A stretch of 32,000 bases of DNA. Origin: Methylophaga frappieri (GTDB lineage Bacteria; Pseudomonadota; Gammaproteobacteria; Nitrosococcales; Methylophagaceae). This document shows, one piece after another, positions 7,688 to 14,957 of the stretch; position 1 is the first letter of the stretch; each line of letters starts with the position of its first letter. The notes beneath the pieces were generated by a model. The model had not been told where the DNA came from. It saw only the letters and a list, made by a program, of their open reading frames with translations, and searched no databases. The stretch lies in contig NC_017856.1 of assembly GCF_000260965.1 (NCBI RefSeq), positions 1,080,001-1,112,000 on the forward strand, in the 5' to 3' direction. A program made the translations under genes and the position numbers.

Positions 7688-8941
7688 CTAATCATCCTGC
7701 CAGTCCAAATCACAACAAAATACAAATAACCGATCATCCACTACCACGGTTTGCGATACCGTAATGCACATGCGCGAATCTGCTACCGATAAATAAGGGC
7801 GGCTCACCTGTATCTGCCCCGGGTTTTCTATCGCGCGAAAATGATAGTGTTTATGTGACCAATTGGCGTTATCTCCTGATATCAAAGGCGTAAAACGTTT
7901 ATCCAGCTGTTGCTGATAAAAAGGCGAATAAATGTTTCGCGCCATTTGGTAACCGGCCTCATCCAGCAGATAGCATCGTACTGCCCGACGCTCCTGAAAA
8001 AGCAGATTACAGCTGATATCAAAGGCATTACTTATGGCAAAGTGGCTGGTCGCCTGACGAAACAAGGTTTCGATTTTTTTAAAATCCTGATTATGCTGAT
8101 AGCTAGCTTTAAAACGCTGAGATCGTTGTTTGGCTAATAAGTCATCGATGGCATCAATATAATCTGCGGCGGGATACAAATCCGGTCTCGGTTTAGCAAA
8201 ATAAAATCCTTGCACCATATCAGCATTGGCGGCTATCGCAATCAGCGCTTCCCGTTCGGATTCAACGCCCTCTATCACTACCAAGCTACCGGCCTCATGA
8301 ATCAAGGAAACGATACCTGTCAAAATCCGCTCCACTCGACTCGAGTGACTGGCACTTTGGATAAGGCTGCGATCTATTTTGACGATATCCGGCTCCAGCT
8401 CCCAAATACGATCAAAATTGGAATGCCCCGCACCAAAATCATCAATCGCAATCAGACACCCCATTTCTCTGAAGTGTGCAATTAGCCACCTGAGATAAAC
8501 GCGATCGTGGATTTCACTCTCCAGAATTTCAATGACCATTCGATGTGCCGGTAATCCAGTTTGTGTAAACAAAGACTGCATAAAGCCGACATCAGGCTGT
8601 TGCTCTACCAGAGACTGTGCATTCAAGTTTAAAAATAACCAGCTTTCATCTTGCACTTGTCTGGCAAAATTGTGCATATGCAAGCGCCGGCAAAGCCTGT
8701 CCAAAGACAGATGCGCTTCGCTGGTTTGTGGCAGATTTAATAACACCGCCGGCGATAACGAATGGCCGCGGCTGTCTCGGCTTCGGATTAGCCCTTCAAA
8801 GCCAACTGGACGACGGTGAGAGACACTTAAGATCGGCTGGAAGTGGCTGACCAACTGTAAGCCCCGATATGTTGCCGCCATATTTAACGGTGTATTCTGA
8901 TTCTGTGAGGTTAACGGTTTGTTTGGTGTGTTAGCTTTCAT
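7688..8941 (-). CDS. EAL-domain c-di-GMP phosphodiesterase with a C-terminal PAS/Cache-like domain (YkuI-like layout)
   Basis: 417 aa. Motifs present: QPI...FEGLIRS (EAL as EGL), LNLN, EILESE, DDFGAGHSNF, KIDRS, EGVES, QGFYF. The C-terminal ~150 aa has a Cache/PAS-like SRPYLSV...ITVS pattern. Confidence 0.85.
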   Translation of the reverse strand: MKANTPNKPLTSQNQNTPLNMAATYRGLQLVSHFQPILSVSHRRPVGFEGLIRSRDSRGHSLSPAVLLNLPQTSEAHLSLDRLCRRLHMHNFARQVQDESWLFLNLNAQSLVEQQPDVGFMQSLFTQTGLPAHRMVIEILESEIHDRVYLRWLIAHFREMGCLIAIDDFGAGHSNFDRIWELEPDIVKIDRSLIQSASHSSRVERILTGIVSLIHEAGSLVVIEGVESEREALIAIAANADMVQGFYFAKPRPDLYPAADYIDAIDDLLAKQRSQRFKASYQHNQDFKKIETLFRQATSHFAISNAFDISCNLLFQERRAVRCYLLDEAGYQMARNIYSPFYQQQLDKRFTPLISGDNANWSHKHYHFRAIENPGQIQVSRPYLSVADSRMCITVSQTVVVDDRLFVFCCDLDWQDD

Positions 8942-8955
8942 GATATCAGCCTTGC

Positions 8956-10899
8956 TTAGACGCCAGCGTTGGTCAACGACATTGGTTGACGCATCTGCAG
9001 CTGCGAACAGCTTAAGTTGATGGGCATCCCTTTAACTAATCCACTCGACGCTGCGGTCGATGTCATCTGGCCGACTTCTGACGCGAGAGCATGACGGTGT
9101 TCAACAAACCAGTTATCAAACATTTCAACTTGCTCCGCATCCAGCGCTACTGAGGTGGCACTTGCCACAGTCAGCCACAAGTACAACAGCAGTAAATTAC
9201 TCAAAACCAGAAGCAGACTGAAAGTCCGCCAAAAGGCCAGCGGGTTACGCTCTAACAGTGGTGGCCGCTCTTCATGTAGATAACTCGGGTTCGGTTTTTT
9301 GATATCGGCTTCAAACTCAGACAATGCCTCATAACGCCGTTCTGGGTTCATTGCCACAGTGCGCCGAATCGCTTTATCCACCCAATGTGGAATATCGCCT
9401 TGATACTCACTAAGTGACTGATACTGCAATCGGTTTAGTTGCTGTGGATGGCGGATTTTGGCGTAGGCCTCACCGAAGGGCAACCGATTGCTCAAAAGCT
9501 GATAAACCAATATCCCCAAAGAAAACTGATCGGATTGTGGACTGCCTGGTTCACCCCGCAAATACTCGGGCGCCGAGTAGTGTCTAGTACCAAGCAATGC
9601 TTGTCGCTCCACCGGCGAAACAATATCAGCGATACCGGCAATTTTTGTTGAACCAAAATCGATTATCTTTAACACACCATCATCCGTCATCAAAATATTT
9701 GCTGGCTTAATATCCTGATGCAGCATGTCCAGCCGATGAAAAGCGCGTAACCCGGAAATAATCTGTGGCAATATCTGACGGACTGTCTGTAAACTCAGGC
9801 TGCCCTCATCATCCAGCCACTGCTCCAGTGTTCTGCCCTCAACATACTCGAGAACGTAATACAAAAATCGGCGCGGGCGTTGCTGCTCAATGACACGAAC
9901 CACATGCGCATGATCGATGCGTCGGCCAATCCATTCTTCCAGTTGAAAGCGCTCCAGATAAGCCGGGTCATCTTCAAAGTTAACAGACGGTGTTTTCAAC
10001 ACTACTTTATTGCCGTTATCCGTGTCTATCGCCAAATAGAGTTGACTGGTGGAACTGGCATGCAGCGTTTTAATGACACGGTAGCCATCAAGAATCACAC
10101 CTTCATATAATTCTGGTGGAAATGGCAAGGCAGTAAGGCGGGCAAACGCTTCATCAGCATCCGGCTGGGGCACTTGCGTGACTTCAACCAACTGACAGCT
10201 GAGATTATCATCGCTGCCTCGCGCTAATGCCTGTTGGCAGATATGTTCCGCCAACTCCTGTAGATCGGCTTTCTCTGACAATAAATGCTTTAATTCCGCA
10301 TCGCTCAACCATTCATGCACACCATCTGTCAGCAATACGAAACAATCACCAGCCTCAATTGGTAACGATTTGTAGTCAATATCCAACGCATAATCGACGC
10401 CTAAAGCACGTCCCAGATATGCGCGCTCATCACTAATCCGAATACGGTGATCGGCCGTGAGTTGCTCCAGAGACTGGCCTCGCAACAAGTAAATTCGAGC
10501 ATCGCCAACGTGGAATAGATGCGCAGTACTGGATTTCAGAATAAGCCCGGAAAACGTCGTTGCCCAACCGCGGCTGCTGTCGCGAAAATGCTGGCCCTGG
10601 CCACACAGCCAGACATTAATTGCGGTCAAAACTTTGCCACCAGACTGCTTTACCGACCAGCTATCCGGTGTGCTGAAATAGTCTTCAACAAAACCGGTTA
10701 TCGCCGCGTGGCTGGCCTGCCTGGCACGTTCACTACTACTGATACCATCAGCTAATGCACAAACAATGCCTTTACTTTCCAGCATGACCGGGTTGTCTGG
10801 TACCAGACAACCCAGCGCATCCTGATTTTCTGCTTTCGCACCGGCCAGTGATTGCTGACCGTATCTGACAGCAAGTGCAACCAATTCCTTATGCCTCAA
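8956..10899 (-). CDS. Bifunctional PP2C phosphatase / Ser-Thr protein kinase, C-terminally membrane anchored
   Basis: 647 aa. PP2C motifs: [26 protein letters not shown]. Kinase motifs: [25 protein letters not shown] helix ([17 protein letters not shown]) is followed by a ~75-aa tail. The TTG start overlaps the nasA stop. Confidence 0.85.
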   Translation of the reverse strand: MRHKELVALAVRYGQQSLAGAKAENQDALGCLVPDNPVMLESKGIVCALADGISSSERARQASHAAITGFVEDYFSTPDSWSVKQSGGKVLTAINVWLCGQGQHFRDSSRGWATTFSGLILKSSTAHLFHVGDARIYLLRGQSLEQLTADHRIRISDERAYLGRALGVDYALDIDYKSLPIEAGDCFVLLTDGVHEWLSDAELKHLLSEKADLQELAEHICQQALARGSDDNLSCQLVEVTQVPQPDADEAFARLTALPFPPELYEGVILDGYRVIKTLHASSTSQLYLAIDTDNGNKVVLKTPSVNFEDDPAYLERFQLEEWIGRRIDHAHVVRVIEQQRPRRFLYYVLEYVEGRTLEQWLDDEGSLSLQTVRQILPQIISGLRAFHRLDMLHQDIKPANILMTDDGVLKIIDFGSTKIAGIADIVSPVERQALLGTRHYSAPEYLRGEPGSPQSDQFSLGILVYQLLSNRLPFGEAYAKIRHPQQLNRLQYQSLSEYQGDIPHWVDKAIRRTVAMNPERRYEALSEFEADIKKPNPSYLHEERPPLLERNPLAFWRTFSLLLVLSNLLLLYLWLTVASATSVALDAEQVEMFDNWFVEHRHALASEVGQMTSTAASSGLVKGMPINLSCSQLQMRQPMSLTNAGV

Positions 10900-12362
10900 T
10901 GAACATCAATCATCTGTACTGTACCATCAGGAAGTACTTCCGCCATTTGGCCACGTGGCTCATCCATGAATTGCACCACAAACAGCGTTACAATTGCGGT
11001 GGCCGCAATAACCCAGAAAAACGTTTGTGCAGAGACCACTGATAGCACGGTCAAGAACAAAACCGCACCGACATTGCCATAAGCCCCAGCCATGCCAGCG
11101 ATCTGCCCAGTTAAACGACGTTGCACAAGCGGGACAACTGCGAAGACGGCGCCTTCACCCGCCTGAACAAGAAACGAACACATCATCGTTGCCAATACCG
11201 CTAATACCAGAAACCACTCCGGCGTAATCAAGCCCATGACAAAGTAGCCAAAGGCTAAACCGCTCAGACAAATAGTCAACGTCCGTTTACGGCCCAGTTT
11301 GTCACTGAAGTAGCCCCCTGTTGGTCGAGAGACCAGATTCATAAACGCAAAACCAGAGGCCAACAAACCCGCCTGAACCGGGCTGATATTAAAGGTATCA
11401 CTGAAAAATAGTGGCAGCATTGAAACCACCGCCAGCTCAGATCCGAATGTAGCCAGATAAGCCAGGTTCAATACGGCAACCTGTTTAAATTTATATTGAT
11501 GAATTTGCGGCACCGGCGTGTGAAAAATGGTCTTATTGACTTGCCAAATATGATAAATCTGATAGGCAAACAGTAACGCCAGCACGACATATACCGCTTG
11601 GGTAATAGGTGCCGATAACAGTGAGACACCGGCTGGCGATAATTTCCAGGCGAGCAACGCCAGCGCACCGTACAACGGCATACTCATGACAATGTACAAA
11701 AAGAAATCCAGTTTACTGGTCACTTCCATCGCACCCGATTTTTTGGGTTTGAAATAAGTTGAGCCTTTCGGCGTGTCCGAGACGCTGTTGTAATAGATAA
11801 ACGCATAGACAAGCGCCATCGCACCGGTGGTCGCCAAAGCGTAGCGCCAACCATTTTCACCACCGAACAACAAGGCTAGTGTCGGTAGGGTCATCGCCGC
11901 CGCGGCAGAGCCAAAATTACCCCAACCACCGTAAATTCCCTCAGCAAGCCCAACCTGTTTTGCCGGGAACCACTCTGAAATCATGCGAATCCCGATAACG
12001 AATCCGGCACCGACAAAACCGAGTAAAAAACGGGCCAGCGCCATTTGTTCAAAACTGTCGGCAATGGCAAAAAAGAAACACAACACACTGGAAATACCCA
12101 ATAACAGGGTGTACATGATTTTGGGGCCGTATTTATCGACTAGCATACCGACGACAATTCGTGCCGGTATGGTGAGCGCGACGTTCAAAATCAACAAGGT
12201 TTTTAACTGTTGATCCGTCAGCCCCAATGCCTCTCGAATCGACACCAGTAATGGCGCGTGATTAAACCAAACAACAAACGTGATGAAAAAAGCGATCCAG
12301 GTGAGGTGTAAAATACGACTGTTACCGCTAAAAGATAAAAGCTTAAGTTTAGATGCTGACAT
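10896..12362 (-). CDS. nasA: MFS nitrate/nitrite transporter (NarK/NasA type)
   Basis: About 488 aa and 12-TM MFS, with NNP-family glycine-rich motifs ([15 protein letters not shown]). The ATG at 12362 lies behind a purine-rich AAAGAGAGAG. The gene sits in a nitrate-assimilation context. Confidence 0.9.
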   Translation of the reverse strand: MSASKLKLLSFSGNSRILHLTWIAFFITFVVWFNHAPLLVSIREALGLTDQQLKTLLILNVALTIPARIVVGMLVDKYGPKIMYTLLLGISSVLCFFFAIADSFEQMALARFLLGFVGAGFVIGIRMISEWFPAKQVGLAEGIYGGWGNFGSAAAAMTLPTLALLFGGENGWRYALATTGAMALVYAFIYYNSVSDTPKGSTYFKPKKSGAMEVTSKLDFFLYIVMSMPLYGALALLAWKLSPAGVSLLSAPITQAVYVVLALLFAYQIYHIWQVNKTIFHTPVPQIHQYKFKQVAVLNLAYLATFGSELAVVSMLPLFFSDTFNISPVQAGLLASGFAFMNLVSRPTGGYFSDKLGRKRTLTICLSGLAFGYFVMGLITPEWFLVLAVLATMMCSFLVQAGEGAVFAVVPLVQRRLTGQIAGMAGAYGNVGAVLFLTVLSVVSAQTFFWVIAATAIVTLFVVQFMDEPRGQMAEVLPDGTVQMIDVH

Positions 12363-12406
12363 GACTCTCTCTTTCACAGATTTACCAAAATCGGTTTTGT
12401 CACTTA

Positions 12407-12422
12407 AGCGGGAATCATGCCA
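12407..12422 (-). promoter_or_regulatory. sigma54 promoter of the nasA operon (TGGCATGattcCCGCT)
   Basis: GG-N10-GC spacing is correct. Flanks and spacing match the nirB promoter. The predicted leader is about 35 nt. Confidence 0.65.
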
Positions 12423-12427
12423 ACACT

Positions 12428-12440
12428 TAACACCTTGATT
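12428..12440 (-). promoter_or_regulatory. IHF-like site (AATCAAggtgTTA)
   Basis: Full match to WATCAANNNNTTR, 5 nt upstream of TGGCATG. The same element occupies the same position at nirB. Confidence 0.4.
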
Positions 12441-12505
12441 TTATTAACATTTAAAAATATAAAACAGGCATGTAATGCACTTGTTTAAAGCAATAGTCAA
12501 TCATT

Positions 12506-12522
12506 CGCACCAGCGTGATGCA
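12506..12522. promoter_or_regulatory. NtrC-like enhancer dyad (CGCACCagcgtGATGCA)
   Basis: 10/12 match to TGCACC-N5-GGTGCA. Its centre is 93.5 bp upstream of the GG of the nasA -24 element. Confidence 0.5.
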
Positions 12523-12523
12523 C

Positions 12524-12549
12524 AAAAAACAAGGCCTACGTTGCCATTG
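12524..12549 (-). terminator. Hairpin plus T6: nasT terminator or a regulated leader terminator
   Basis: Minus strand: CAA(T)GGC-aacgtag-GCCTTG followed by TTTTTT. The stem is modest (6 bp with one bulge). Confidence 0.4.
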
Positions 12550-12611
12550 AGACAGCATTACAGCCCACAATAAGTTGCCAGATCTGGTGAACTTTGCGCT
12601 CCGTGTTAGCT

Positions 12612-12627
12612 TGCATTCAGCATGCCA
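12612..12627 (-). promoter_or_regulatory. Additional sigma54-like element (TGGCATGctgaATGCA), 25 nt after the nasT stop
   Basis: Near-consensus -24/-12 with correct spacing, but no NtrC-like dyad at the 93-bp position. Confidence 0.4.
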
Positions 12628-12651
12628 TTTTGACAATCACGACTCTTCGTT

Positions 12652-13272
12652 TTACAAAACGGAGGTGGCATTTTCCAAGTGGTTAGCACCGGTCAACACC
12701 TGTTGTGCCAGCATGGCTAGTCGCATATTTTTGTTCATCGCCGTAGTGCGCAGTAATCGGTATGCTTCATCCTCACTACACTGGCGCTGCTGCATCAGCA
12801 AGCCTTTTGCGCGGTCAATGATTTTGCGATCTGCCAGACGTGTCTGTAAGTCTTGCAATTCACCGAGCATTCTTTGCTGATGCTGAAAACGACTGCGCGC
12901 CATCGACAATACAGGCACAATCCGATGCGGCTGCAAGCCGTCAACCACAAATGCGCTGACCCCGGCTTGAATAGCTTGTTGTTGCAGCACCGCATCATAA
13001 GTCTGGGTAAAAATAACAACCGGTAGTGGATGTTGCTTGAGCAACGTTGAGATCAAGGTAATTAAATCAGCGCTCAGTGCTTCACAGACAATCAATAACA
13101 TGACCGGCCGATCAACCACTTCTGCGGCAGCAACCTGTGACAAGCTGTTGGCTTGGTAGCTCACCGCGTAAGGTGTTTGATACAACGCATTTTCAACGAT
13201 TGCCGTTAGTTTTGGCGCATCACTGATGAGTATCGTGCGCAACGGTGCGCCAGTATCAGGTAAGTTTTGCAT
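12652..13272 (-). CDS. nasT: ANTAR-domain antiterminator with a pseudo-receiver domain (NasT/AmiR family)
   Basis: 206 aa. The C-terminal ANTAR signature is DRKIIDRAKGLLMQQRQCSEDEAYRLLRTTAMNKNMRL. The N-terminal REC-like fold has CE where the phospho-accepting Asp is expected (MLLIVCEAL). Confidence 0.85.
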   Translation of the reverse strand: MQNLPDTGAPLRTILISDAPKLTAIVENALYQTPYAVSYQANSLSQVAAAEVVDRPVMLLIVCEALSADLITLISTLLKQHPLPVVIFTQTYDAVLQQQAIQAGVSAFVVDGLQPHRIVPVLSMARSRFQHQQRMLGELQDLQTRLADRKIIDRAKGLLMQQRQCSEDEAYRLLRTTAMNKNMRLAMLAQQVLTGANHLENATSVL

Positions 13273-13426
13273 TCCTCAGGAATCCCAGCTCAACAGAAGT
13301 GCCGCTGCCAAACCAAGCGGCGAAATTAATACTAACAACGACAGCCTAAATAATTCCCGGCACAGGAAGTATCCATCGACTATATAGCCCATTTTTGGCC
13401 CTCCTCGTAGTCACCGAGATTATTAA

Positions 13427-13442
13427 AGCATAAGGCATGCCA
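13427..13442 (-). promoter_or_regulatory. sigma54 promoter of nasT (TGGCATGcctTATGCT)
   Basis: GG-N10-GC spacing is correct, with the same TGGCATG -24 box as nasA and nirB. The predicted leader is about 145 nt. Confidence 0.6.
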
Positions 13443-13525
13443 TATAATTAATTTAATAATTTCAATATGTTACAAAACACCCATAGCCAATATCGCTTAT
13501 CAAGACGGTGCATCAGATGGTAAAT

Positions 13526-13542
13526 CGCACTATTTTTGTGCA
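13526..13542. promoter_or_regulatory. NtrC-like enhancer dyad (CGCACTattttTGTGCA)
   Basis: 9/12 match to TGCACC-N5-GGTGCA. Its centre is 93.5 bp upstream of the GG of the nasT -24 element. Confidence 0.45.
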
Positions 13543-13543
13543 A

Positions 13544-13568
13544 AGAAAAAGCCGGCGAATGCCGGCTT
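13544..13568 (-). terminator. Rho-independent terminator of the porin gene
   Basis: Minus strand: AAGCCGGC-attc-GCCGGCTT followed by TTTCTTTG, 11 nt after the stop codon. Confidence 0.75.
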
Positions 13569-13578
13569 TGAAATGGGG

Positions 13579-14820
13579 TCAGAATTTAACCATGCCATAC
13601 AACCAGATTTTTTCGGTATCAACGCGTGAGGCAAACGTCTTATCAGCACGATAATCCGCATATTTGAGACCAATGGTATAGTGACTGGCAATCGTTTTTT
13701 CGAGCAAGACATTCAGCTCATTACCGGCATCAAGACTGGCAAAATCCGTTTCAAAATCATGGTAGACCATCACTAACTTGGCGCCTAAAACTGACCCAGC
13801 CAATGTCACATAGGTATCTTTCAGCCCTTGAACCGGCGTAGTCAGGAATTGATCTGCCCAGCCTTGAAAAGCATGGTTTGTGCCCAGCGGCGTGGTAAAG
13901 CTAAACTGTCCATCACCTTGTTGTACCTCATGCGACAGTTTGACCAACCATCCTTGATATTTACCTCCCAATTCTGCCAGTCCATAGTTTTGTCTGGCCA
14001 TATTGCCACCGCGAAACCCGTCCTGCGAGGCATACTCCAGTGTATAAACCAGCGACAATGACTCTGACAATGGTCTGCTGCCACTGAGACGCACCCCGAG
14101 GGTTTTTGATGAGCGTGACTCAACATCCTGATAGTCCAAAAAATAGCCATATCCCTCCAGTTTGGCCACTGACCATCCTGTGTATTGCAGGTTGATTAAA
14201 TGACCGTGTAAATCAATATTGCCATTTTTTGTGATGCCGCCATCAAAATCCTCACCGTTGATAGTATTGACGTTATGAATATAACCATAATGTAGTGTTG
14301 TGTCTGGCAGACTGGTGTTTTGCAAAGTGAACGCATCAAATGTCTGATGATTTTGTCGCCACAGTACATTTCCCACGAAGCGATGAAACGGGGCGTCACG
14401 GTAAGTGATATTCTGACGACCATATTTAAAGAGCGTCTCCATGGCCTGAAAACTCACATAGCCTTGATTAAGCTCCGTTCCATCTGGATCCGCAATGACT
14501 GAGTAGCCAGTCTTTCCATTGCTGGTACTGTTAAATTGTTCACCACCAATATGACTGACATCTTCCAGTTCCAGATAGGCTGCAAAGCCTTTGAATTGGG
14601 CGGTTTGATACCCTAATGTAGTTCGGAGAGTAAAGGCATCAGCTTGTTCCAGCGTATTATCCTGATCAACCGACTCGTATCTGGCACGCGCTGAAAAATT
14701 GAATTTTCCAGTAGTCAGTGCCTCTAAAAATGTGGTTTCCGCCTGAACTGGCGCGATCAGAAAACTACTGCCTGAGAGAATCAGGGCACCGAATAAATGT
14801 CTCAATAAAGAAGATGACAT
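13579..14820 (-). CDS. Outer-membrane beta-barrel porin (OprD / alginate-export-like), possibly an anion channel
   Basis: The ATG at 14820 lies behind AAGGAA and gives a signal peptide ending PVQA-ETT. It has an ARARYESVDQDN-type N-terminal strand, alternating beta-strand patterns, and a C-terminal ...YGMVKF. Confidence 0.7.
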   Translation of the reverse strand: MSSSLLRHLFGALILSGSSFLIAPVQAETTFLEALTTGKFNFSARARYESVDQDNTLEQADAFTLRTTLGYQTAQFKGFAAYLELEDVSHIGGEQFNSTSNGKTGYSVIADPDGTELNQGYVSFQAMETLFKYGRQNITYRDAPFHRFVGNVLWRQNHQTFDAFTLQNTSLPDTTLHYGYIHNVNTINGEDFDGGITKNGNIDLHGHLINLQYTGWSVAKLEGYGYFLDYQDVESRSSKTLGVRLSGSRPLSESLSLVYTLEYASQDGFRGGNMARQNYGLAELGGKYQGWLVKLSHEVQQGDGQFSFTTPLGTNHAFQGWADQFLTTPVQGLKDTYVTLAGSVLGAKLVMVYHDFETDFASLDAGNELNVLLEKTIASHYTIGLKYADYRADKTFASRVDTEKIWLYGMVKF

Positions 14821-14957
14821 GCGCTTTTCCTTTACATACAAAAAAGCCATGCTTTAACGACTATAAAGCATGGCATCATTACCATTATTTTCCAGCGACT
14901 TTGCTAAAACTTGCGTTGCCAACGACCTTGCTGGCTCTGACCAGGCGTCAGTTCTGT

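Noticed and set aside
12578-12587. 10-bp palindrome CCAGATCTGG in the nasT-nasA spacer
   Set aside because: It is too short to fold into a useful hairpin, has no second copy, and matches no known binding consensus that I recognise.
12451-12880. 61-aa minus-strand (12451-12636) and 101-aa plus-strand (12575-12880) ORFs in or around the nasT-nasA intergenic region
   Set aside because: They span promoter, enhancer and terminator elements or run antisense to nasT. Neither has an RBS or protein-like composition.
13591-13606. TGGCATG on the minus strand inside the 3' end of the porin gene, with another copy at 15494-15509 inside nasC
   Set aside because: Neither has a GC doublet at the -12 position (TGGCATGGTTAAATT and TGGCATGGTTTTATT), and both are intragenic. 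They are not sigma54 promoters.
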